From: Sumerlaeia bacterium | GTDB taxonomy: Bacteria; Sumerlaeota; Sumerlaeia; SLMS01; JAHLLQ01 | Direction: 5' to 3' | DNA: 32,000 nt | Assembly: GCA_040219255.1 (NCBI GenBank) | Contig: JAVJSW010000049.1 | Span: 208,738 to 240,737, forward strand | Part shown: piece after piece, positions 1-11,500 of the stretch | How positions within the stretch are numbered: the first letter of the stretch is position 1 | Layout: every line of letters begins with the position of its first letter | Notes under the pieces: model-generated | Databases searched by the model: none | What the model saw: the letters and a program-made list of their open reading frames with translations, nothing else | What the model was told of the DNA's origin: nothing | Position numbers and translations under genes: made by a program

Positions 1-201
1 CCCGATATCGGGACATGATACCTCGATTTCTTCCGCCAACCCCAAGCCAACAGGCTAAACCGGGGAGGACGGCGAAAACTGAAATCGTTGAGCTTAGGCG
101 AAATTCTGAGCCCTGTGCATGGCGTCGGAAGGAGGGTCAAGGCGAGGTCGGCGATGCCGCTAATCTTCGCCCCTGAGTTTGTTGACTTTGAGACATGGGC
201 G
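1..201 (+). promoter_or_regulatory. putative CRISPR leader (non-coding stretch upstream of the first repeat)
   Basis: No convincing ORF on either strand. It lies at the end of the array opposite the degenerate terminal repeat, which is where leaders normally sit. I could not assign a promoter. Confidence 0.35.
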
Positions 202-1032
202 GTCGCAACTCGCGCTTAGGCAGGGATCAGAGGGGAAAGCTCCAGCACCGCCGGACCGCCCCCGTCGCCCGTCGCAACTCGCGCTTAGGCAGGGATCAGA
301 GGGAGTACACGCTGCTCGATCCGCCGCTGAACATCAAGTCGCAACTCGCGCTTAGGCAGGGATCAGAGGTGTAAGCAACTACTCAGAGACGCAGAGGAGA
401 AAGAGTCGCAACTCGCGCTTAGGCAGGGATCAGAGGAACGTTTTGCCACACGGTTCGCAGTTCGGCATCCGTCGCAACTCGCGCTTAGGCAGGGATCAGA
501 GGTTTTCTTCGACCCTTGGCATCATGAGCGAGAAATGTCGCAACTCGCGCTTAGGCAGGGATCAGAGGAACGGCTGGGTCAAATAACGTCAAGCGGTACG
601 CGTCGCAACTCGCGCTTAGGCAGGGATCAGAGGCTCTTCTCCCGGAAGGAAATCACCGAATTGCGAGGTCGCAACTCGCGCTTAGGCAGGGATCAGAGGA
701 ACGTCGACCCGGATGGGCACGAGAAGCACGTCCGTCGCAACTCGCGCTTAGGCAGGGATCAGAGGGAGATGCCAACGGGCGAGACCACCCCAAGACGATA
801 GAGTCGCAACTCGCGCTTAGGCAGGGATCAGAGGACCATCACGGCGGTGGCGGCATAATGGCTGAGCGTCGCAACTCGCGCTTAGGCAGGGATCAGAGGG
901 GTGTCCAGGTAGGTGTTGTGCAGCCCGGCCCCCGTCGCAACTCGCGCTTAGGCAGGGATCAGAGGACGGCTCGCCGGTTCGTACGCGCAACCAGCGCCAG
1001 GTCGCAACTTGCGCCCAGGCAGGCATCAGCCC
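202..1032 (+). CRISPR. CRISPR array: 13 x 32-nt repeat GTCGCAACTCGCGCTTAGGCAGGGATCAGAGG with 12 unique spacers of 33-37 nt
   Basis: Identical repeats start at 202, 271, 338, 405, 471, 537, 602, 668, 734, 803, 868 and 934. A 13th copy at 1001 (GTCGCAACTTGCGCCCAGGCAGGCATCAGCCC) has 7 mismatches and is the typical degenerate leader-distal repeat. Spacer lengths are 37, 35, 35, 34, 34, 33, 34, 34, 37, 33, 34 and 35 nt, and all spacers differ. Orientation is inferred from the degenerate repeat. Confidence 0.97.
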
Positions 1033-1083
1033 CCCCCACACCGTTAAAACCCACAAGTTTAACCGCCCTTTGTCACGCGACAG
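1030..1083. repeat. left copy of a 54-bp inverted repeat (CCCCCCCCACACCGTTAAAACCCACAAGTTTAACCGCCC + TTTGTCACGCGACAG)
   Basis: 1030-1068 is the exact reverse complement of 4173-4211 (39/39). The match extends to 1083 versus 4158 with 3 mismatches (51/54 overall). It contains an internal hairpin, GTTAAA-N9-TTTAAC. It overlaps the last 3 nt of the degenerate CRISPR repeat. Confidence 0.95.
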
Positions 1084-1332
1084 GCCCGGCCGTTTCTCGT
1101 AGCTTGCTCTCCAGTTCGCTGCGAAGGAGAGGGCCCCATGCTCAGGAACCCGTTCACCCGATCCAGGTGCCGCCGTGGGGCGGCGTGCGCGCGGGCGCCA
1201 ACACCCGCTTGCGTCCGCCGCACGGTTCTCGCTAAAGCCTTGTGTCATCGGCGGCGCCCGTTCGCGGGCGAGCAGGCCCTGTGCGCCGCGCGGTGAACTC
1301 AACACGTGTACCCTAAGATCAAGGATCGTCCC

Positions 1333-4023
<2,691 letters not shown>

Positions 4024-4157
4024 GAACCGCCGTGCGGCGTGCTGCGTTCCGCGTGCTTCGTAGAGGGCGCGGGGCGGAGTTGCGAGTGAGACGGACATGA
4101 TGGGCGCTGCCTTTCCCGGGGTGGATTAGAGAGGGAGGCTAAGGGAAAGGCGGCGCG

Positions 4158-4211
4158 CTGTCGCGTGAGTTAGGGCGGTTAAACTTGTGGGTTTTAACGG
4201 TGTGGGGGGGG
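4158..4211. repeat. right, inverted copy of the 54-bp repeat
   Basis: Reverse complement of 1030-1083 (39 bp perfect, 51/54 overall). The G-run here is 9 nt (4204-4212) against a C-run of 8 nt (1030-1037) in the left copy. Confidence 0.95.
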
Positions 4212-4281
4212 GCGCAAGAGCAAGACAATGGTGGGGACGTCAGGATTCACCTTAGGCCAGCATTCTCTTCGATTCAGCTCG

Positions 4282-4400
4282 GATTGACAGGCGCACTCCG
4301 TAGCGATACGATGTCATTTGTGGTCGATTGCAATCTAGTCAATTGAACCACATATGATTTGATTGTGCCTAGGAGATTGATCCACATCGAGAAAGATTGT
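4282..4400 (+). promoter_or_regulatory. cluster of short repeats and palindromes upstream of the islet ORF
   Basis: GATTG occurs 5 times (4282, 4326, 4361, 4375, 4395). There is a perfect 10-bp palindrome GATTGCAATC (4326-4335) and an 8-bp palindrome TCAATTGA (4339-4346), both flanked by TGTGGT (4319-4324) and ACCACA (4347-4352). The bipartite direct repeat CCACAT-N7-GATTGT occurs twice (4348-4366 and 4382-4400), and the second copy abuts the start codons. Confidence 0.6.
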
Positions 4401-4405
4401 CCTCT

Positions 4406-5473
4406 ATGAAAACTTCTCAACCAATTCAGAAGACCGAGTCCTTTGTCGCGATTGCCCATTCAATCTACGTATCTAGGGGAGGAGCTTGGCCAAGCAAATC
4501 CGAATTACCTATGGGACTTGGAAATGGCTTGTTCATCGCTGATAAGGAGTATCTGATGGGAATGGTTGACGTCGGTTGGCGCAGGCATGCTGATAGAGAA
4601 GTGAATAGACTCAAGCAATCTAACTTTGTCATTCTCAAGACAGGAAACTCGCACAGCCCCTTCGATTTTGATAAGAGCATCGAACTTCTAGCACATTGCG
4701 ACCGTTTTTTTTGCGCTCTAGCTATGTGTGGAGTCGGATTCGGCGTTCAATCATTAAATTCTGGAGTTGAAATTATTGGAGAGTATTCAGGAGAGTCACC
4801 AGAGATCAGGAGCATGAGCTACATCCCAACATTCTACGGTCCTTGGAAAGGTTCTGAGTCTTCGTGGGAAGCAATTTCCCCTATTGATATATCAGAAAAT
4901 GTCATCTTTAGAGCCCAAGCAATCACTTCCGGACTTGAGCGAATTGCCATGGCAGAGGGCGATTATGAGAGGCTTAATAAGGCATACTACATGTGGGGCA
5001 TTGGGATGAAGACGTGGGACTGCCAAGAAAGATTAATACAGTTCGTACGCACAATTGAATGTCTCTTCCCAGAGAAAGATTATGGAAAGAATAAATTTTG
5101 CGAGAATGGAAGAAAGAGCTTTTTCGTGTCGGCAGAAGCAGGTGGTGAAAAAAAATCTATCCTATGGCGTTTGTATGAGATCAGGAATAAGCTGCAACAC
5201 AATGCAAGCCTTTGTAGCGTCATTGAAGATTTCGGACCAAATGACGAGTCTAAGCATCGTGTCATGGAACATTCCCTCCAGGCGGAGCTACTGGCATCTA
5301 ATGCTCTTAGAAGGGTTCTTTCCAGCCCCAGCATAATACGTCATTATATAAATAATGATGCGGTCGAAAGTCTATTCGCAGAGTTGCCGAATTCTAAGTA
5401 TGCTTGTTTAGGCCAAGACTTTGATGTCTTGCACGAAATTGACAGCCGCCGCTCCACTCAGACCGAAGTCTAG
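4406..5473 (+). CDS. hypothetical protein with a C-terminal HEPN-like RNxxxH motif (possible defence or abortive-infection RNase)
   Basis: The only long ORF in the low-GC islet (track 4397-5473, TTG start; first ATG at 4406). The motif R263-N-K-L-Q-H268 (nt 5183-5200, numbered from the TTG at 4397) sits in LWRLYEIRNKLQHN. It is flanked by helix-like segments ERLIQFVRTIECLF and HSLQAELLASNALRRVL, consistent with a HEPN four-helix core. I did not recognise the N-terminal ~170 aa. Coding status is fairly secure; the function rests on a short motif. Confidence 0.6.
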   Translation: MKTSQPIQKTESFVAIAHSIYVSRGGAWPSKSELPMGLGNGLFIADKEYLMGMVDVGWRRHADREVNRLKQSNFVILKTGNSHSPFDFDKSIELLAHCDRFFCALAMCGVGFGVQSLNSGVEIIGEYSGESPEIRSMSYIPTFYGPWKGSESSWEAISPIDISENVIFRAQAITSGLERIAMAEGDYERLNKAYYMWGIGMKTWDCQERLIQFVRTIECLFPEKDYGKNKFCENGRKSFFVSAEAGGEKKSILWRLYEIRNKLQHNASLCSVIEDFGPNDESKHRVMEHSLQAELLASNALRRVLSSPSIIRHYINNDAVESLFAELPNSKYACLGQDFDVLHEIDSRRSTQTEV

Positions 5474-5518
5474 GGGGTTTGCCGCTTAGTGAAGCCAAAT
5501 ATGTAGGTATCGAAGCCT

Positions 5519-6280
5519 TCACCACGGCCTCGGCGCATCCATCGCGAAAAACGGCAGGAACTCGCCGCTGGCTTCGCTGATGAGGATGTCGCGGTTGGCT
5601 TCGATTTCCGATTGCCAGGCGTGGGAGAGGTCGCGGGGGAAGCCTCGGACGATTTTCTCGCTGTAGCGCCGCGCCTGCTGCCAGACGGGGTGCGAGTGCG
5701 GTGCGGTGTCGAGGAGCCATGAGACCAAAGCCAATGCCCAATCGGGGGATTTGCTTAAATCATGGCACACCCGGGCGAGTTCGTAAACGCTTAAAAGAAA
5801 GCGGTTGTAATCTTCTTCTTCCTCGACGGCGGATTGCATCAGGGCGCGGGCGTAGATGAGGGCGCGTTTGTTCTCGGCGCGCAGCAGGAGGGCGATGTCG
5901 AGGAACTTCATGAAGGCGAAGTTGCGGACGGCGACGGGCAGGTGGGGGTCGTCGGTGGCGATGTTGATGGCGCGGTCGATTTGATTGAGGGCGTCGCCGG
6001 CGCGGCCGCAAACGGCGTTCATCTGGGCGAGGTTGGCGCGGCAGATGAGGAGCGGCCGCTTGTCGTCGAGTTCCTCGGCGAGGCGCACGGCGCGGTGCAT
6101 TTTGGGCAGGGCGGGGTCGAGATCGGGCGGGTTCTTGCCGCTGAACAAGGTGGCAGCCTCGCGCATCAGGGCGCTGATTCGCTGGCGCTTGAGCTTGTCG
6201 TCGTAATCCATCGGCCTGGCTTTCCGGCGCGGGCGGGGGAGGAAATCGCCTGCCAAAACGGCTCCCGCACTGGTGAGCAT
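5519..6280 (-). CDS. hypothetical protein (alpha-helical; possible N-terminal membrane anchor if it starts further upstream)
   Basis: Protein-like composition in ORF 5519-6412. The track start at 6412 is GTG and would overlap the upstream gene by 91 nt. Internal starts at TTG 6304, ATG 6280 or ATG 6211 are more plausible. I recognised no family. Confidence 0.6.
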   Translation of the reverse strand: MLTSAGAVLAGDFLPRPRRKARPMDYDDKLKRQRISALMREAATLFSGKNPPDLDPALPKMHRAVRLAEELDDKRPLLICRANLAQMNAVCGRAGDALNQIDRAINIATDDPHLPVAVRNFAFMKFLDIALLLRAENKRALIYARALMQSAVEEEEDYNRFLLSVYELARVCHDLSKSPDWALALVSWLLDTAPHSHPVWQQARRYSEKIVRGFPRDLSHAWQSEIEANRDILISEASGEFLPFFAMDAPRPW

Positions 6281-6321
6281 GGCGGAAATCGCCGCCACGA
6301 TCAATGGGAAACACTTTGGCG

Positions 6322-7158
6322 TTAGTTGCCCTTTGATAAAAGTCGAGACACCAACCGCCCCCCGAACCCTCGCCTCCCCCCCGCCTCCGGCACCTCCCCA
6401 AACACATCCCACCCGTTCGCCTCCAGCGCATCCAACCGGCCGTGATAATATCCGGTGGTGGCTTTGAGGAGGTTGCGCGGCGGGCCGGGGGCAAGGAGCG
6501 CGGCGCCGGCTTCGCCTTGGGTCAGGAGTTTGCGGGCGCGTTCGGCCTCGAAGGCCACGAGGTCGCGCAGGGCGGGGGTGGGTTGGCGGGTGGTGAAGAT
6601 GGATTCTTCGACCCCGAAGTTGGCCAGATCGTCGAGGGGCAACGCGATGACGCCGCGTTCGAGATCGGCGGGCACGCTGGTGAGGAGTTGGGCGAGGCGG
6701 ACACCATTGCCCCCGGCCAAGGCAGGCCCCCGGGCGGCGGCCGGATCGGCGCCGAGGACCTGGGCGAGGAGCAGGGCGAGGGTGCCGCCGGTTTGCTGGA
6801 GCTGGCCTTCGAGCTGGCGCCAGTCGCGCACCGACCGGCGGAAGACCTCCGCGCCGAGGCCGTCCATCAGCATGGTCAGGCGCAGGCGCGGGATGGCGTG
6901 GCGGGCGGCGATGGCGGCGGCGGTACGAAAGGGCTCGGGCGTGGCGGCGGGGTCCGCGAAGGCCTCGGCGAGGCGGGCGTGGGCGGTGGCCTGGATGTCG
7001 GCGAAGGCGCCGCCGCTGGCGCGGTGGGCGGTGTGGAACTGATGGCGGATTTCGTGGGCGAAGGCAAGCAGGCCGCGGACGTCCTGGCGCTGCGGTTTCG
7101 GCAGACGGCCCAGGGCAGAGGCGATGGGCGGTGGCGGGTCGGGGGATGAGAGGGGCAT
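6322..7158 (-). CDS. squalene/phytoene synthase (SQS_PSY) family protein, non-canonical (both Asp-rich motifs absent)
   Basis: Family layout is recognisable: LPKPQRQDVRGLLAFAHEI..., MLMDGLGAEV...LEGQLQQTGGTLALLLAQVLG, and GVRLAQLLTSVPADLERGVIALPLDDLANFGVEE. The first DDxxD position reads HEIRHQFH and the second reads ADLERG. The track start at 7233 is TTG; the ATG at 7158 (MPLSSPD...) is likelier. Confidence 0.6.
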   Translation of the reverse strand: MPLSSPDPPPPIASALGRLPKPQRQDVRGLLAFAHEIRHQFHTAHRASGGAFADIQATAHARLAEAFADPAATPEPFRTAAAIAARHAIPRLRLTMLMDGLGAEVFRRSVRDWRQLEGQLQQTGGTLALLLAQVLGADPAAARGPALAGGNGVRLAQLLTSVPADLERGVIALPLDDLANFGVEESIFTTRQPTPALRDLVAFEAERARKLLTQGEAGAALLAPGPPRNLLKATTGYYHGRLDALEANGWDVFGEVPEAGGRRGFGGRLVSRLLSKGN

Positions 7159-7330
7159 GGGTTGGGTGACGGGCCGCGTTCGGCTGGCTGTGAGTCTGGT
7201 CAGAGCATGCGGCGTGCCGTGTTCGGTGCGCAACGTGATTGGGCTGGGCCTCGCGGCGGGAGAGCGAGAACTGTTACCGATGTCTCCGGTGTCGAGCGTC
7301 AGGCCTATGCCTGGTCGAACGAAATGCCGT

Positions 7331-8512
7331 TCAGGCCGCGCCCCCTGCCAGTAATGCCACCGCGCCTGGAATCAGGTTCCGCAGCGCCATGGCGAACCCC
7401 CATCCGGTCAGGAGCCCGCAGGCCAGGATCATGGCGTACTCGTAGCCGTAGAGCCGGGCGAGGGTCCAGCGGCTGGCGCCGAGAGCGACCATGGTGCGGC
7501 GCTCCGCCGCCCGCAGCCGCAGCGACAGCAGGCCGATCAGCACGAGGAACAGCAGGCCGCTGAGGGTGACGAAGGCGACGTTGGCGTCGAAGAGGCGCTT
7601 GGCGCGCAGAATGAGCGCCATGGTTTCCTCGACGACTCGCAGGGGAACGACGATCTGGGCGCTTTGGCCTTTGCCGAGATAGCGGCCGCGCAGGAGGGCC
7701 TCGGCCTTTTCGCTCTTCGGCACGGCGATCAGCGCCGTGATAGGCAGCGCCTCGGGCTCGGCGTGAAAGTGGAACGTCCCGCGGTTCTCGTCGGTGATGA
7801 CCGTATAGGGCACCACGGCGGCGTTGGCGGTCACGTTGCCGGTGGCGTCGCGGTCGAGGACGAGGGCTTCGTTCCGCGCCACGTCCTCATGACCGTGGCC
7901 GATGCCATCGATGATCCATGCGGTCTTGGTATCGACGAAGACGGCTTCGTCGTCTGCTGTGCGAGCGGGCGCCAGAACGCCCCGGACGTTGAGCTGCAGC
8001 GGCTTGGCCCCCGCCAGATCGAACAGGTTGGCGGTGTCCGTGACCAGCGTGTCGCCCGGCTCGAGGCCGAGCGTCTGCGCCGCCACCGCGCCGAGCACGC
8101 AGTCGCCGATGACCAGCAGCGGCGCACCGGCGGCGAGTTCGAGGCCGCGGAAGCCAAAGTAGTCGGGGCTTGTGCCCACCACGGGGAAATCGCCGGCCGT
8201 GTAGCGCACGTGGAGAGGAATGGCCAGGGCGTAGCCGCTGTCGCGGACGCGATGAGCTTCCGCCAGCGAGATTTCCTCCGCCGCTTGGCCCTTGAAATAG
8301 AGCGTGTGTAAGACGAGATCGAGTTCGCTGCCTTTGGGCCCGATCACCAGCGGCGTGGCGCGGGCGCGGGCGAGCCATTGGCTCTCGAATTCGATCAGCA
8401 GTCCGTTCAGCGCCACCGGCATCGCCACCATGAGCGCGATCGCCACCATCAGAATCATGCTGCGGGGCCAATGGTAGGTAAGCGAACGGAGCGCGAGGCG
8501 GAAAACGGTCAT
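7331..8512 (-). CDS. ABC transporter permease, FtsX/MacB-type
   Basis: N-terminal TM helix (SMILMVAIALMVAMPVAL), a periplasmic domain of roughly 250 aa, then three C-terminal TM helices (FVTLSGLLFLVLIGLL..., AMILACGLLTGWGF..., LIPGAVALLAGG). This is the typical FtsX-family topology. ATG start at 8512. Confidence 0.7.
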   Translation of the reverse strand: MTVFRLALRSLTYHWPRSMILMVAIALMVAMPVALNGLLIEFESQWLARARATPLVIGPKGSELDLVLHTLYFKGQAAEEISLAEAHRVRDSGYALAIPLHVRYTAGDFPVVGTSPDYFGFRGLELAAGAPLLVIGDCVLGAVAAQTLGLEPGDTLVTDTANLFDLAGAKPLQLNVRGVLAPARTADDEAVFVDTKTAWIIDGIGHGHEDVARNEALVLDRDATGNVTANAAVVPYTVITDENRGTFHFHAEPEALPITALIAVPKSEKAEALLRGRYLGKGQSAQIVVPLRVVEETMALILRAKRLFDANVAFVTLSGLLFLVLIGLLSLRLRAAERRTMVALGASRWTLARLYGYEYAMILACGLLTGWGFAMALRNLIPGAVALLAGGAA

Positions 8513-8551
8513 GGTCCGAGGCGGGCGCGGAGGGCGGCCAGCGTTGAAGCC

Positions 8552-11500
8552 CTAACGGCTCCCGCGGCGGGTCTCAAGGCGCTTCCACTCGACGCGCACC
8601 GTTTCCTTTTCTCCCGCTTCCGTTTCGAGGAGCACGGTGCCTTCCGCACCACCCCGGCGAATGCGCGAGGCGTCGACGATGAACCGAACGGTCTGCACCG
8701 CATCGCCCCAGAGTTCGCCACTCTCGGGCTCGACCCTCAGCCAGCGGTCGCGGCTCTCGGCCCGCCACCGCATGACACCGCCCCCGGCGTTGCGGATCGC
8801 GAGAGAACCTTCCGTCTCGGCATTGTCTTCGCCATAGAGGAGCAGGCTCCGCGCCGGTTCGATGGCGAGCGCCGGCCGGCCGCCAGCGACAACCTGGACG
8901 TCGTCGAGGCGGAACCCGGCTCCGTCCTTTCGGTCTTCGCCCGGGTTGGCGAAATGGACGAATCGAACGCGGAATTCCCCGTCCAGGCTCAGGCCCCGCC
9001 TACGCCGGGCCAAGGCCGTCAGATCGATTTCGCCGCGCCGCCAATCGCCATCCTCGGGAAAGGCCCCGGCAAACCACCAGCGCTGGCCATCGGAGCTGAC
9101 GAAGACGCCATCGGCGGGGGCGAGGGACGCGCCGAAATCCGCCCCGGCCTTAGCGCTCTGCACCGTTTCGCCAGGCAGGGTTTGGCTGCGAAAGGACAGC
9201 ACGAGCGGATCGCGGGACCTGTGAGCCGAGGCATCCAGCCGGAGTTCGAGGATGCTGCTCCAGGGCCCTTCGGCCTTGCCCGTGCCCCGGCCGATGAGAG
9301 CTTCGCCCTTGAACGAGCCGACAAGCCCCGGGGACCCAGGAGCCGCCAGCGCCAGCCAACCCGGGCCGAAGCCCTCGCCGGAGAAATCGTCACCAAAGGG
9401 CACTGGCTGGCTCGGCAGGCGATCCGCCACGGCGAGCACCACTCGGACACCGGCCACCTCGCCATCGGGTGAAACGACCCACAGATCGCCAGAGTAGGAG
9501 CCCTCCGGCAAACCGGAGGCGTCGGCGGTCAGGGCGAGTTGGGCCTCGGCACCATGGGGGCCGAGAGGCGGCTGCTCTCCGGGGCGGCCCTGCGCGAGCC
9601 GCATCCAGCCCCGGCCCCTATCGTCCAATTCCACATACCAGCCCCGCGCGGCCTGGTCCCCCACGTTTCGGACCGCGAATTCGATGGGCGCCGCGGCTTC
9701 GCCGGGGGTCGCCACCAATAGGGCCTCCGTCCGTGCCGGGATCAATTTCGCCCGTCCCGATTCCGCCAGGACCCGAACGTCGTCGATGCCGATGCCGCCG
9801 CGCTGGCGCTTGTCGTCGTGGGCGCCGGAGGTGGACACGTTGAAGCGCAGGAAGAGCGGGGCCTGGGCATCGAGGGCTCCTGGAGCGTAGCTTTCGATTT
9901 CACGCAGCCGTTCGCTCAGGTCGACCCGGTACGGCGCCCATTTATTGGTCAGCATGCAGCCGCGCAAGGGCTGGATCTCGAACCACTGGCGGCGGTCCGT
10001 GCTGACCGCGATGCCGTCGAATGGCAAGCCGGTGCCATCGCCGGGATAGGCGAAGGGGCCGGCGTGGGGGAAGCAGGACACCAGTTTGCCAAGCGGGCTT
10101 TCCTCTTCCGAAAAGCCGATCGCCGCGTACTCGAGAGTGAGTTCCCGCCCGCGCAACGCACCTCGCTCCAGCCGCAGTTCGAGGGCCGGATTGGCGAGGG
10201 ATTCGTCCCCCGGTTCGGCGTTGTCGAGGACCACGAAGTACGCGCCTCCGTCCGGGTTCGTCTTCGTCTTGGCGACGCGTTCGATGCGCGCGCGGGCGCC
10301 GGGCTCCGCGCCTCCCGCTCGTGTCCAGGAAGGTCCCGGAAAGACCCCGTCCTCGAAGCTGTCCTCGAAGACTGGGCCGATGGAGGATTCGCGTTCGCGG
10401 ATGGGCGCGCGGATGGGGGTGGCCAGGGCCGCGCGGGCTTGGGCGGGGCGGGGGGCGGGGGCGCTTTCCCCGAGAACGCGGAGCCGGAATTCCCGGCCGC
10501 CGCTCTCGATCCGGAGGAGGCCGCTGGCGGTGGCGCTTTCCGCGATCAGCCGCACCCGGCCGGGCCGCTCGCCATCCGGTGGCACAAAGACCGGCAGGAA
10601 CCCTTCGCCCTCGCGAAGGAGGCGCGGCGGGTCGGCGGTTCCTTCACCCAGGGCCGCCAATTCGACTTCCGTGAAGGTGCCCGGGGCTCCAAGACGAACG
10701 GAGGCCTGAAGGGGTTTGTAGGCGGGCGCGTCGCCAGCGGCGGGACTTGCCGTACCGGCGAAGCTGGCGGCGCTCGCCGCCCCGGCCCGGGAGTTGGTCC
10801 GCGGAGCCACCTGATTCCGCAAGAACAGATCGCGGGCATCCGGCGCCGTGGCGCGGGCCGGCTCTGGCTCGGCGAGGCGGGCGAGCGGTTGCTGGCCCTG
10901 GACGGAGCGCAGGCGCAGGCCTTGGAACAGGTTGCCCGCCGCCATGGGTCCGATCAGGCCCGCGCTGTAATCGCGATAGGTCTTGGTGCCCAACTGGTGA
11001 AAACCTTCTCCGGCGAAGGACGCGGTGCAATCCACGAAGGCGTTCCCCAATGCCAGCGGCCCCAGGTTCGGCACCACTCCGGGTCCCCAATCCATCTGGA
11101 ATGCGCGCGCCCGGCCGGTGAAGGACAGATAGACGTCGCGCGTCTCGGGGCGCCGGAAATCGAGGGAGGGAACATCGACCCGTATGGTCTGCTCGCAGCC
11201 GTAGAGCGGCACGTCGACCCGCGCCACCGGCTCCGAGCCGAGGCTATCGAGATGCACGTTGAGTGTTCCGCCATCGTGCGAGAACCGGGTATCGGCGCGC
11301 AGTTCAACGCTTCCTCGCCCACTCAACGGCACGGCCCGAAAGACGGCGAAGCCAAGGTGGGCGGCCTCGACAAGCTGGTCGTGCTCCGCCCCAGCCACCT
11401 GGACGCCATCGGTGGCGTCTGGCGCGCCAAGGGGTTGTCCATTGACCGCCAGGCCGCTGAGGTTGAACAGCGCGGGCCGGAACCAGCGAAGCCGGTCCTC

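Larger units (their letters stand above)
4213..5518. other. low-GC islet (probable horizontally acquired single-gene insertion)
   Basis: Two 60-nt samples I counted (4406-4465 and 5101-5160) are 43% and 42% GC, against 63% for 5581-5640. The composition switches abruptly at the right inverted-repeat (IR) copy and again at the stop codon of the convergent gene at 5519. No integrase, transposase or flanking direct repeats were seen. Confidence 0.8.

Noticed and set aside
92-99. GCTTAGGC in the putative leader, identical to repeat positions 13-20 (possible ancient degenerate repeat or anti-repeat)
   Set aside because: Identity across the full 32-nt window is only about 15/32. The spacing to the first repeat (~90 nt) does not fit the array register, and an 8-mer match is expected by chance.
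4077-4085. GAGTTGCGA downstream of acnA, complementary to the 5-prime end of the CRISPR repeat (tracrRNA-like anti-repeat?)
   Set aside because: Only 9 nt match. My rough expectation for some 9-mer of the repeat occurring on either strand of a 32-kb window is several hits by chance, and the complementarity does not extend.
4274-4459. 61-aa ORF antisense to the start of the HEPN-like gene (possible antitoxin)
   Set aside because: No RBS or recognisable fold was found. It overlaps the repeat/palindrome cluster, which better explains the sequence. I kept it only as a remote possibility.
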